A stretch of 64,000 nt of DNA, from the IMG/VR virus record IMGVR_UViG_3300027704_003324, positions 1 through 64,000 of that record, one strand, 5' to 3'. The position numbers and the translations under genes were made by a program. The notes beneath the pieces are model-generated. The model worked only from the letters and a program-made list of their open reading frames with translations, was not told where the DNA came from and made no database searches. Source of the DNA: a virus. Within the stretch, counting starts at the first letter, position 1. Each line of letters opens with the position of its first letter. Below are positions 38,031 to 47,672 of the stretch, piece by piece.

Positions 38031-39692
38031 TTATCCCATTAACATTGCTGGATCGATTCCTCCTGGCATACCTGCTGGTTCACCGTCTTTTGGTGGATCG
38101 ATTGATACAACTGCTTCCGTCGTTAACATTGTAGCTGCAACTGATGCTGCATTTTCTAATGCTAATCGTGTAACTTTAGTAGGGTCAATAATACCTGCTT
38201 TTAACATATCAGTATACTCTTCGAATCTACTATTATAACCGTACCATTGGTTCTTCTTACCTTCTACTACTTCTTTGATCTCTGCAACTTTCTCTGGTTC
38301 TACGCCTGCATTCCATAAGATCTGAGTAAATGGTGTTGTAAGTGCTTCGGTTAGAATATCTAATCCTATCAATTCACTCACAGTAAGGTCTTTAAACTTT
38401 CCTTTTCCTCGTTGCTTAGTTAAGTCTAAAGCAGAGTTCAATAAAGCGATTCCACCTCCAGGTAGTATACCTTCTTCTAATGCTGCTTTTGTAGCATGTA
38501 AAGCATCGTCTACTCTATCTTTCTTCTCCTTCATTTCGATTTCAGTATGACCTCCTACGTGAACTACTGCTACTCCTCCGATAAACTTAGCTAATCTAGC
38601 TTGTAAGTTTTCAATTTCGAATGGTGAATTTGCTTCATCAATTTGAGTTTTAATCTCTTCAACTCTTGCTGTAATAGCTGCATCTTCTCCTTTAGCATCA
38701 ATAATCGTAGTAATATCTTTACTAACTGTAACCTTTCCGGCTTTACCTAACCATTTAGGATCAAATCTATCTAATCGCATTCCTTTTTCACTAGAGATTA
38801 CTTGTGCTCCAGTCATAATAGCAATATCTTCTAAGATAGCTTTCTTACGATCACCAAAATCAGGGGCTTTAACAGCTACTGCTGGTAATATACCTCTCAT
38901 CTTGTTTACTACTAAGGTAGACAGTGCCTCTCCATCAAGATCATCTGCAATTAGTAATAGTGATTTGTTCTGTACTTGTACTGCTTCTAAGACGGGTAAT
39001 AACTCTTTAATACTACTCAACCTCTTATCTACAATTAGTACATACGGTGATTGAAGAACAGCTGTCATTGATGGATTGTCTGTTACGAAGTATGGAGACT
39101 TATAACCACGATTAAATTGCATTCCTTCTACTGTTTCTAGATAGGTTTCTCCAGTTTTAGATTCTTCGATTGTAACAACTCCATCACGGCCAACTTTTTC
39201 CATTGATGTTGCAATTAACTCACCAACTTCTTTATCGCTATTCGCTGATATAGTAGCTACTTGTTTTAACTGCTCTTCATCCGTAATATCTTTAGATAGA
39301 TTTTCTAAATACTCTACAATTACTTTTGTACCTTTTAGAATACCTCTCTGTACTTCAACTGCATTATAGTCTCCGATAGTACCTAGTCCTTTATTATAAA
39401 GCTCTCTAGCTAATAATGTTGACGTAGTTGTACCATCTCCAGCTTGTTCTGCAGTTTTAATAGATGCTTGCTTAACTAGCTGAGCTCCTATATTTTCTAA
39501 CTTATCTTCTAAGTCTATTGATTTAGCTACTGTAACTCCATCTTTAGTAGACTGTGGGTTACCCATTGCACTTTCAATAATAACATTACGTCCTGATGGT
39601 CCTAATGTGCTTATAACTGCTTGAGCTAACTTCTCAATTCCATCGCTAAGACCTTGTCTTGCTGCATGGTTAAATGTAATACTTTTACTCAT
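38031..39692 (-). CDS. groEL: chaperonin GroEL
   Basis: [51 protein letters not shown]. Confidence 0.97.
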   Translation of the reverse strand: MSKSITFNHAARQGLSDGIEKLAQAVISTLGPSGRNVIIESAMGNPQSTKDGVTVAKSIDLEDKLENIGAQLVKQASIKTAEQAGDGTTTSTLLARELYNKGLGTIGDYNAVEVQRGILKGTKVIVEYLENLSKDITDEEQLKQVATISANSDKEVGELIATSMEKVGRDGVVTIEESKTGETYLETVEGMQFNRGYKSPYFVTDNPSMTAVLQSPYVLIVDKRLSSIKELLPVLEAVQVQNKSLLLIADDLDGEALSTLVVNKMRGILPAVAVKAPDFGDRKKAILEDIAIMTGAQVISSEKGMRLDRFDPKWLGKAGKVTVSKDITTIIDAKGEDAAITARVEEIKTQIDEANSPFEIENLQARLAKFIGGVAVVHVGGHTEIEMKEKKDRVDDALHATKAALEEGILPGGGIALLNSALDLTKQRGKGKFKDLTVSELIGLDILTEALTTPFTQILWNAGVEPEKVAEIKEVVEGKKNQWYGYNSRFEEYTDMLKAGIIDPTKVTRLALENAASVAATMLTTEAVVSIDPPKDGEPAGMPGGIDPAMLMG

Positions 39693-40005
39693 TGTCTTCT
39701 TTTTCTTTTACAACCGCTAGTATTTCTCTATCTTGAGCTAAATAGTATTCTTCTCCTTCAAAGTCAATACGTAAAGTACCAATTTTAGGAACCAATACCA
39801 CATCGCCTGCTTTACATGAACGTACTGTGATTAATTTACTTGGATCTAATTCGGACTGACGTCCAGGACCTACTGCTAGTACAGTGCCCATTTCCGGTTT
39901 TTCTTTTCCTAAATCTGGAATTACTAAGTTTCCATACATTTGTTCGCCTTCATCTATAGGCTTGATAAGAATCCGATCATTAGTCGGAGATAACTGTTTT
40001 GTCAT
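39685..40005 (-). CDS. groES: co-chaperonin GroES
   Basis: P.NDRILI, GTVLAVGPG, GD.V, EILAV; promoter at 40026-40058. Confidence 0.95.
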   Translation of the reverse strand: MTKQLSPTNDRILIKPIDEGEQMYGNLVIPDLGKEKPEMGTVLAVGPGRQSELDPSKLITVRSCKAGDVVLVPKIGTLRIDFEGEEYYLAQDREILAVVKEKEDNE

Positions 40006-40073
40006 ATAACTTTATTTGTTAATTATTAATATACGATTAATTTATAAAAGAAACAACCCTAGAGCGGGTTAAT

Positions 40074-40487
40074 TTAGCTAATTTTCAAAGTTTTTGATTC
40101 TTTTCCTTTAGCATACGGTATTGTAACTTGCAATAAGCCATTTATAAACTCAGCTTTTGCTTTTTGTAGATCAAATCTACTGTCTATCTTCCAACCTAAG
40201 TTAAATGATCGTTTGGCTATACCTTTATGTATATAGTCAGTTGCTTCACCTTCTAAGGTTGGTTTGTTGTAATTGATTTTAATAATATTACCCTCAATTA
40301 AGATTTCGATATCTTCTTTTGGAATTCCGGTACAGGCTATATCTAAGCCAAGGCCGTTTTCTAATTCGTAAATATCTACTGGGTGGGGTAATTTTGACTC
40401 TTCTAACGTTTGGTAGTTGTGAGTCTTTTGCAAAAAATTGCGGACTAAAATGTCGAACGGATTACGTTCTTGAAAAATGTTACTCAT
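40074..40487 (-). CDS. Hsp20 small heat-shock protein
   Basis: P.DIYE, YIHKGIAKRSF, A.F.NGLL.V.IP. Confidence 0.92.
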   Translation of the reverse strand: MSNIFQERNPFDILVRNFLQKTHNYQTLEESKLPHPVDIYELENGLGLDIACTGIPKEDIEILIEGNIIKINYNKPTLEGEATDYIHKGIAKRSFNLGWKIDSRFDLQKAKAEFINGLLQVTIPYAKGKESKTLKIS

Positions 40488-40588
40488 AATGATATAAAAT
40501 TGTGGAGTCCTAAGATCTCCGGTTAATAAAAATAAAAATTGCTCTAGGGTCGATCTTTATTCTTTAAATAAATAGGTTTAATTTAAGT

Positions 40589-42952
40589 TTAATGCCCTTC
40601 ACTCCAGTTATTAGCGATTTCAGGAGGTGCTTTTAAAGTAACTCCAGGTAGTACTGTAGTATCTTCCATAATCTGTTGAACATGAGGAGCAAACATTGCA
40701 GCATCCTTTTCAGATACGTTAATAATCAATTGATCATGAACCTGAGCTTGAACAATAGCATCTATGCCTAGTTCTTTTGCTTTACGGTTAATCATTACAG
40801 CAGCTCTATTTACTACGGCAGCTGCTAGTGACTGCAATTGAAAGTTAAGACAGTTATTAAGTCCGTTACGGTAATCTCTATAAGCTTGCATAACAGCTTC
40901 TTTACCGTATTGAGGAGTAATACTTTGTCTGAATCTCCAATCCATCATTTGATCTCCGTACTTGCCAAAGATCTTTTTCACTTTAGGTAAGTGCCTAACT
41001 CTACCAACATAGTTTTTAATATAACCATGATCTTTAACTTGAGTTCTAGAATCTAACCTCCATTGCTTAAGTTGAGGAAATCCATCTAGATAACCTTTTA
41101 CTAATCCTTCAGCAGACTTTTGATCAATACCTAAAGTCATTTTAAGAGCATAAGCTTCCATACCGTATGCAATACCTAATGAATAAGCTTTAGCTTTATT
41201 ACGAGCAGGCCCATCTAACTTCTTTAAGTAGTTATCTGCTTTCTTATCTGCAGATACTCCGTTAGGAAAACGAGATTTCTGATCGTCTAACTTCTCAGTT
41301 TTAATAGCTACAGTAGAGTAGAAGTCCCATCCTTTATTAAAGATCTCTTGAAGAGCAGTATCACCAGTAACAGAAGCAAAGCAATGAGGCTCTAGAGATT
41401 CGTAATCGGCATCGATTACTTTTCTACCTTTACCTGCAATCATAAATTCTCTAACTATATTAGTATACTTAACGATAATAGGAGCATCCTCACCTTCTTC
41501 TTTAGGTTTAGGAAGCTGCTGAGCATCAGAACCATATCTACCGGATACAGTACCGTTCTGCTTATAGTAGAAGTAGTATCTACCGTCCTCTTGACGATCT
41601 CTAAAACGATCTACATAAGTAGATTTAATCTTAAGAAGCTTATTGTATACACGTAAATTTTCAGCCCAAGAATAAGTCTTCGCTAAATCTTCTATCATAT
41701 CCATATCGAATTGAGCTCTACCGCTTTTAGTCTGACCAGCAGCTTTTAGAGGTTTAATGCCCATATACCCAAATACTATTTCACCTAAATGCTTTTTAGA
41801 TTGAATATTTAAGTATTCACCGTCGTTAGACTCTTTCCACATAGCCATAGATATTCTAGCTTGCTCTACTTCTTCGATAAGATCTACGTTACCAGTCATT
41901 AAGAACTCTTTTACTTTTTCTTCTTTATCGTTAGACGGTTCATAAGCTTCTATATTCTTCTGAGTAAGAGAGTACTTGCCAGTCTTTTCAGATTTCGGTA
42001 AAGGTATAGAGTAACGAGTAACTAGGTTCTGAGCCCAATTACCTTTATGGGATACGGGATATTGATCTAATGCAGTAGCTACTATCCAACTCTTAGTTTC
42101 ATCTAAAGCTAATAAAGACTTCATTACGATCTCTTTATTATTAATCAAATCTGCTGCAATAGCAGTATAAGTAGATTCTATTAAGTCCATATCTAAATCA
42201 ACTCCTTCAGCTTCCATAGGTACAGTAACTTCTCTGTAGATAGGCATTACCTCATCCTCAAAGAAGAACTTCTCTAGTCCTTCCTCTTTAAGTTTCTTTA
42301 AATATAAATTACATATACGTAAAGTTAAATCCGTATCTGCCGATGCATACTTACTAAGTATATCTAAATCAGCTTTAAAGATTTCATAGAGTAGTTTAGT
42401 AGTAGAACCACCATTCTTCTTAATAGACTCTTTAAGCTCTAATTGCTCTTGGTTAGCAGCTTCCTGAACATCTAATCCTAACTCTTTTTGATTCATTATA
42501 GCAATAGACTTTAATCCAAAAGGATTACCAAATCCAAAAGCTCCTTCTTCGTATACCGTATGAACTAATAGTCCAGTATCGACATATATATCTTCTATCA
42601 AATCTACTCCGAAGTAGTTCTTAATAAACTGAACATCAAAGGAAGCATTATGGAAGACTAGTTTCTTACCTTTAAGTAACTTAAGTAAATTCCTAGATAA
42701 TAGTTCAGTAGAAGTACCGTCAATCTCTTGCAGCACTAATTCATCTTTCTCATAATCAAAAACTAAGGTTGGTAGATAAAAACCTACTCCTTCATCTCCA
42801 GATACAGACCATCCGATGATCTTATTCTTTCTAGGGTTTAAACCAGTAGTCTCAGTATCGACTGCTATTACGTCAGAGTCAATAATGTGTTGATGTAGTA
42901 GTTCAAGAGTTTCTTTATCTTGAACCGTGTAATACTTTTTTTCTAATTGCAT
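40589..42952 (-). CDS. polA: family A DNA polymerase with 3'-5' exonuclease domain
   Basis: Exo DTETTGL, HNASFD, YA..D; TVSGRY; motif A DADYESLE, motif B RNKAK..LGIAYG, motif C VHDQ. Confidence 0.95.
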   Translation of the reverse strand: MQLEKKYYTVQDKETLELLHQHIIDSDVIAVDTETTGLNPRKNKIIGWSVSGDEGVGFYLPTLVFDYEKDELVLQEIDGTSTELLSRNLLKLLKGKKLVFHNASFDVQFIKNYFGVDLIEDIYVDTGLLVHTVYEEGAFGFGNPFGLKSIAIMNQKELGLDVQEAANQEQLELKESIKKNGGSTTKLLYEIFKADLDILSKYASADTDLTLRICNLYLKKLKEEGLEKFFFEDEVMPIYREVTVPMEAEGVDLDMDLIESTYTAIAADLINNKEIVMKSLLALDETKSWIVATALDQYPVSHKGNWAQNLVTRYSIPLPKSEKTGKYSLTQKNIEAYEPSNDKEEKVKEFLMTGNVDLIEEVEQARISMAMWKESNDGEYLNIQSKKHLGEIVFGYMGIKPLKAAGQTKSGRAQFDMDMIEDLAKTYSWAENLRVYNKLLKIKSTYVDRFRDRQEDGRYYFYYKQNGTVSGRYGSDAQQLPKPKEEGEDAPIIVKYTNIVREFMIAGKGRKVIDADYESLEPHCFASVTGDTALQEIFNKGWDFYSTVAIKTEKLDDQKSRFPNGVSADKKADNYLKKLDGPARNKAKAYSLGIAYGMEAYALKMTLGIDQKSAEGLVKGYLDGFPQLKQWRLDSRTQVKDHGYIKNYVGRVRHLPKVKKIFGKYGDQMMDWRFRQSITPQYGKEAVMQAYRDYRNGLNNCLNFQLQSLAAAVVNRAAVMINRKAKELGIDAIVQAQVHDQLIINVSEKDAAMFAPHVQQIMEDTTVLPGVTLKAPPEIANNWSEGH

Positions 42953-42969
42953 ATATATAACCGTTTTAT

Positions 42970-43515
42970 TTATTTAATAATATACGAAAAATTATTCAGA
43001 ATAAAAAATTCTTGAACAGCTTTTTTTCCGTCTTTTATATTTAACTTGTCTTGGTACATTTTTTCTATTGTATCCAATCTTGGAGTATAATCTACTTCTA
43101 TATCATCGTCCATTTGCGTAATTTTATCATCAAATGCTCTAGTATAAATTTCAAATTCTCCTCCAAACTCTTTTAAGAATTCATGCATTGCTGGAGCTAG
43201 CCATCCTGTATTGGCTCCTGATCCTTGTAAGTAGTTTCTTCCTATTCTCTGGTAAAGTTTCTGTGTACATCCTATTTTAAAATGTTGCTGTTTTCCGTCA
43301 GGAGCTTTATACACAAGGTCATAAATTGCTCTTTGCATAGGAAAGTCTGTTGGGACCATAGTAATATGATCTTTAGTATCTCTTCTGACTTTTAGTTTAA
43401 GGAAATACTTGTATCTATTTACTTCTGTAATATGCTCTGTTAGAGCTCTTTTGCTTTGTTCTAGTTCTCTCGGCAAAACAAATGAGTCTAGGTACTCAAA
43501 ATTCTTTGGAATCAT
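42970..43515 (-). CDS. GIY-YIG-like endonuclease
   Basis: AIYDL...FKIGCT..L..RI..Y, distal Glu (IEK); promoter at 43543-43575. Confidence 0.55.
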   Translation of the reverse strand: MIPKNFEYLDSFVLPRELEQSKRALTEHITEVNRYKYFLKLKVRRDTKDHITMVPTDFPMQRAIYDLVYKAPDGKQQHFKIGCTQKLYQRIGRNYLQGSGANTGWLAPAMHEFLKEFGGEFEIYTRAFDDKITQMDDDIEVDYTPRLDTIEKMYQDKLNIKDGKKAVQEFFILNNFSYIIK

Positions 43516-43559
43516 TATAACCTTTTTAATTATTAATATACCTTAAGATACGAAATATT

Positions 43560-44138
43560 CTACAACTTACCAACTAATTCTTCAGGTAAATCTTCATCTT
43601 TTATCTTAATATTATTTTCTTTTTCTATCTGAATCAGACACATACGTTTCATATTAATGTCTCCTGTAGAATATGCCCAAATAATAGAAGCTTTAAGTCC
43701 TTCTATTTTATTGCCAAAACTTGAACAGCTTTTTTCTAGAAGCTCTTTCTCGTTTTCAGATACTTCAAAAGTAATATCATTGTTAGTAGCCCAATTGAGC
43801 AGTCCCATAAAATCATTAGAGTCATAGTACTCTTTTATTTCATTGAAATCTTCCAATGAGCCTCCTTTATCCGGATGAGCTTTAATTGATACTTTTCGGT
43901 ATAATTTTTTTAGCTTCTCTGGTTTCTCTTTCTTTTTAGCTATATTGTCTCCAGGAGGAGTATCTCTCATCTCTCCTGTGTCTTTATTTACCCAATATTC
44001 TTTTTTTACTTTATCAAAATACTTACCAAAAGTTGACTCCCATATTTTCTCATATTCTTTAAACTCCTCTTGAGTTTCTTCAAACTCTAGTTTTAAAAAT
44101 TGGTACTTATGAGAGTACTTCTTTATGAATTTTGACAT
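43560..44138 (-). CDS. J-domain (DnaJ-like) protein
   Basis: LKKLYRK.....HPDKGG...F..I...Y. Confidence 0.8.
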   Translation of the reverse strand: MSKFIKKYSHKYQFLKLEFEETQEEFKEYEKIWESTFGKYFDKVKKEYWVNKDTGEMRDTPPGDNIAKKKEKPEKLKKLYRKVSIKAHPDKGGSLEDFNEIKEYYDSNDFMGLLNWATNNDITFEVSENEKELLEKSCSSFGNKIEGLKASIIWAYSTGDINMKRMCLIQIEKENNIKIKDEDLPEELVGKL

Positions 44139-44407
44139 TAATATTCTCCGTATAAGTCGAATACCTTAGCTTCCGGAACTTCTTCTTCTACTATAAATTC
44201 TTTAATTGCAAATAGTTTTCCGTTTAATGGCTCTAACCTATAATGTCCTTTAAATTTAGTTTTTCGTAAGTACTGAGTTAATGCTTCTACTAGACCTTCA
44301 ACAACTGTCTCTTTATCTATTACTAGTTCCCAGTTATCTCCAGGAGGAACACGAACTGCAATTAGTTCGTATTCTTCTTCGATCTTTGTTTTGTTATCTT
44401 CAGCCAT
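44138..44407 (-). CDS. hypothetical protein
   Basis: coupled ORF. Confidence 0.65.
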   Translation of the reverse strand: MAEDNKTKIEEEYELIAVRVPPGDNWELVIDKETVVEGLVEALTQYLRKTKFKGHYRLEPLNGKLFAIKEFIVEEEVPEAKVFDLYGEY

Positions 44408-45348
44408 TATTGTCTTAATGTTTTCTTAATTCTATAGTCTCTTGAAGTAAAGAATTCAGGTATTAAAGATGAATGGCTAGCTCTAACAGGGTTAATATCT
44501 AAACCTCCTCTACGAGTATACAGACAAGATACCATTAACTGTTCTGGTTCGTATGCGTCTGATAGATGCTTATATACCATTTCGCAAATCTCTTCATGAA
44601 AATGACTTACTGTACGGTGAGAAACTATATACTTAGCTAGTGAATCAGCAGATGGTAATTTCTTACCTACCATTTTAATAAATACATCTCCCCAATCAGG
44701 TTGATTAGTAACTCTACAATTAGATCTAAGTAAGTTAGATTTTAATTTAACCTCTTTAGCTACATCTGATGTATCTTCTACTGCTAATTGAGTAGCATCA
44801 GATTGAAACGATGTAAAGTCAATTTGATCTAAATCTACTAATCCTCCTAAGTCTTCGTAACCTTCAAAAGATAGTTCTAATCCTTCTTCTTCACTTGCAA
44901 AGAAAGTAACAATTGTATTAGTTTCTAAAAGTTCATCTAAGTCTCTTTTAACAGTAGCTTCTATTCCAGTAATACAGTCCATAGCATTATCAGCTATTCT
45001 AGTCATATTGAAAGAATTCAAATATAACTTAATAGATTTAGACTCTACGTGAAATTCAGAATCAGAAGGGCATGTAATTTTAAGGAGTCCTGCTACTGGT
45101 TGACCTTTAGTCGTAATAGCAGATACTTCATAACAGTTCCATGTATCAACTCCTACAAAACTATCTGATGTTAGGTCGTAGCCTTCTCTATTTAAGTATC
45201 TAGGGATTTTAACTAATAGCTCTCTATTATACTGGTCAGAGTATCCATCTCCACCAACTTTACCTAAGTGCTTTCCAGCAATTGCTACTACTTCGTCGTA
45301 ATTTTTTACTTTTTCCATTTTATTTATTTTATTATATAATCTATCCAC
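44407..45348 (-). CDS. queF: NADPH-dependent preQ0 reductase, bimodular (type II) QueF
   Basis: D.WNCYEVS, VESKSIKLYLNSFN, LLRSNCRVTNQPDWG, FHEEICE, YTRRGGLDINP. Confidence 0.93.
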   Translation of the reverse strand: MDRLYNKINKMEKVKNYDEVVAIAGKHLGKVGGDGYSDQYNRELLVKIPRYLNREGYDLTSDSFVGVDTWNCYEVSAITTKGQPVAGLLKITCPSDSEFHVESKSIKLYLNSFNMTRIADNAMDCITGIEATVKRDLDELLETNTIVTFFASEEEGLELSFEGYEDLGGLVDLDQIDFTSFQSDATQLAVEDTSDVAKEVKLKSNLLRSNCRVTNQPDWGDVFIKMVGKKLPSADSLAKYIVSHRTVSHFHEEICEMVYKHLSDAYEPEQLMVSCLYTRRGGLDINPVRASHSSLIPEFFTSRDYRIKKTLRQ

Positions 45349-45938
45349 TTTGTTCCTTTAGTATCTATATTAGGAAATTCAAATACTCTTACAATAGCGT
45401 GTTTATCATCACCAATTGTAATTGTCTTTCTAAACCCTGAGGGTATAGTTGCACCAGTCGGTAAAACTACTTCTTCTCCTTCAAATAATACGTCTACTCT
45501 TACTTTAACATCTTCGTTAAAGAAGTTTGCTGCTGATCTTTCAAAAGCCTCTAATTTACTCCATTGACCTCTATTTAACCCTTGATGCTGTAAAGCTGAA
45601 TTAAGGTAAGAGAACGTTTTATACAGCATACCGGTATTACAGCTAAATGATGCTGCTGGTGCTAAATGACCTTTATCCCATATATTGTCTTTATAGTCTT
45701 CATCATCTGAGGTTACAATCATGTCTGGTTCCCAGAATTCCATACCTACTCTTGAAGCATTTCCATTAGAACAGAGTACTGTATATTCTACCCATAATGG
45801 TTGCTGTCTCTGTTGATCGTACTCTACTGTGAATATATCGGTTACTATAACTTGTGCGTTTGCAGTAGTTGAAGAAATGATAAAAGCAAAAGCCAATAAC
45901 ATCATCCAAAACAATTCTACTTTATCTAATTTTTTCAT
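45324..45938 (-). CDS. DNA/RNA non-specific endonuclease (NucA-like) with signal peptide
   Basis: WDKGHLAPA, N...Q...LNRG.W..LE, IPSGF.K. Confidence 0.9.
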   Translation of the reverse strand: MKKLDKVELFWMMLLAFAFIISSTTANAQVIVTDIFTVEYDQQRQQPLWVEYTVLCSNGNASRVGMEFWEPDMIVTSDDEDYKDNIWDKGHLAPAASFSCNTGMLYKTFSYLNSALQHQGLNRGQWSKLEAFERSAANFFNEDVKVRVDVLFEGEEVVLPTGATIPSGFRKTITIGDDKHAIVRVFEFPNIDTKGTKWIDYIIK

Positions 45939-45939
45939 A

Positions 45940-46458
45940 CTATTTTATAAATTTTAATATTTGCTCTACTCTTTGCATAGGAGAACCTGTTATCGTCAAA
46001 TAAGGTTGACGTACACCTTCTAATACTGCTTTAAACTCTTCATCAATATCTGTTCTCCACTTTTCATTTACACTTCTTACTCCATCATCTACTGATTCAA
46101 ATTCAATAGGGAAGTAAACATAGTGAGTATATTCTCCTTTTACTCTATTCCAAGTATCATTTATATAGTTATATGTCTTAATAGATAATTCATCCATAAA
46201 CTTAGAATATACGAGTAAATCCATATAACACCTATCTAAGACTAGGTTATAAGGTTGAAGTAAAGCCTCTAAATGAAAACTACTAATAGCTAACTGAGTA
46301 GCATCAGTACCTTTCTCATTAATAGGAAATCCGTAACTACCTACAGTTCTAGTAGATTCATTTACGAATTCATATTTAGGTAATTTATTTTTAAGTAATT
46401 CATAAACAGTAGTCTTACCTGTACTACTAGCTCCTACTAATGCAATTCTCTTTATCAT
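45940..46458 (-). CDS. P-loop nucleotide kinase-like protein (AAA_28/NadR-Ttd14/dNMP kinase-like)
   Basis: GASSTGKTT, LDRCY.D..VY, DDGVR, G...QRV. Confidence 0.8.
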   Translation of the reverse strand: MIKRIALVGASSTGKTTVYELLKNKLPKYEFVNESTRTVGSYGFPINEKGTDATQLAISSFHLEALLQPYNLVLDRCYMDLLVYSKFMDELSIKTYNYINDTWNRVKGEYTHYVYFPIEFESVDDGVRSVNEKWRTDIDEEFKAVLEGVRQPYLTITGSPMQRVEQILKFIK

Positions 46459-46507
46459 ATAACCTCTTTATTTACTTAAAGATACGAATTATTTCTCTAA
46501 TAACCTA

Positions 46508-47050
46508 CTACACACCTGCTTTTCTTAAAAAATGAATCCATAAGTATTCAGATCTCTGCTGTAATGCTTTAAACATTTCGTCCTTAGTAATACGCCAAGC
46601 ATTAAATCTTTCCTCTGATATTATTTTACCTTCATCTACTCCTGCAGTTACCTTATGTAATACACATCCCATAACATCATGTTTAGCTTCATAAGCTCTA
46701 ATTTGAGGGTCTTTACCTTTTAATTCTGGGTACTCAGTAATAAGGCCTGGATGACCGTTATAAATTCCATGCTTTTCGCATATTGATGGAGGAACTACTC
46801 TTAACCATCCGTGTAAAGTAATTAAACTATCTGGAAAGTATACAAGTAGGTCTTCATACTCTTCTAAGGTAGGTTTATTACTCATAGTGAAATAACCTTT
46901 CTTTTCTATTCTAGAATCTATTGTTCTAAGGTGTTCAGGTCTATCATTAGTAATTATCCTATCAGGCCAGCGTCCTAAGCTTTCCGCTAAGTTAGCTATT
47001 TCAGAACCTGTTTGACTAAAAAACGCTATCCAAGTATTTGATTCACTCAT
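46508..47050 (-). CDS. dpdN: PurN-like formyltransferase, predicted preQ1 formyltransferase (DpdN)
   Basis: FSQTGSE, HGWLR, YNGHPG, H.VTAGVDEG; located in the que/dpdA cluster. Confidence 0.8.
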   Translation of the reverse strand: MSESNTWIAFFSQTGSEIANLAESLGRWPDRIITNDRPEHLRTIDSRIEKKGYFTMSNKPTLEEYEDLLVYFPDSLITLHGWLRVVPPSICEKHGIYNGHPGLITEYPELKGKDPQIRAYEAKHDVMGCVLHKVTAGVDEGKIISEERFNAWRITKDEMFKALQQRSEYLWIHFLRKAGV

Positions 47051-47672
47051 TTAATGTTGTTGATTTAATTCTAATATTTTCTATCTGTATAGGTTTTATA
47101 CCTCTAAGTTTAAAACTCAAACCTAATGCAAGACCTGGTCCATTACCTTTACCGCTAAAACTATTATCTTCAGATCCTATTTCAATCCATAGTTTTTCAG
47201 CTAAAGTTAAGTCTAAAACTATACCCTTAAGATACGAATTATAAGGCAGTATTCCAACTTGTTCTAGTACTGGTGTTACTTCAGTTGGGTCTACTCCTAA
47301 AGATTCCATATACTTTACTGCTTTGCTCCAGTATGCCTTTGTATACCAAGATCCTTTCCAACCACTTTGTACATAAAAATTATCGTCTGGTGGTATATGT
47401 GATGCTTTTACAGCATCTTTAAGTTTATCAGCGTCTGCATAAATAACTTGTTGTTTAATACATTGTGATATGAATATTGGCCAATAGTACTGTTCGAAAT
47501 AATTAAAAACTCCTTTGTTTGTCGGAGCCATATTAAAGATATTATAACCCTCTACTTCTATGTGAACATCGGTTTGAAGATATATAGTTGACTTCTTATC
47601 AATATATTTTATATTATTTAAAAAATCTTTTCTATGTTCATCTCCTATTGCTATGATACAATAATTAGCCAT
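47043..47672 (-). CDS. hypothetical protein with GT-A-like DxD motif
   Basis: start reassigned to MANYCIIAIG; VIYADAD; lies between dpdA and dpdN. Confidence 0.5.
   Translation of the reverse strand: MANYCIIAIGDEHRKDFLNNIKYIDKKSTIYLQTDVHIEVEGYNIFNMAPTNKGVFNYFEQYYWPIFISQCIKQQVIYADADKLKDAVKASHIPPDDNFYVQSGWKGSWYTKAYWSKAVKYMESLGVDPTEVTPVLEQVGILPYNSYLKGIVLDLTLAEKLWIEIGSEDNSFSGKGNGPGLALGLSFKLRGIKPIQIENIRIKSTTLNE
47227..47259 (-). promoter_or_regulatory. internal class-I promoter upstream of dpdN
   Basis: AGTTG-N16-TTCGTATCTTAA inside the coding sequence, exact spacing. Confidence 0.6.

Noticed and set aside
44407-45348. QueF-like amidinotransferase (archaeosine, dG+) instead of QueF
   Set aside because: The NADPH-binding QueF motif ESKSIKLYLNS and the bimodular layout indicate a true nitrile reductase making preQ1.
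46508-47050. Ordinary purN for purine synthesis
   Set aside because: No other pur genes are present, the N-terminal loop is divergent (SQTGSE), and it sits next to dpdA and queF.
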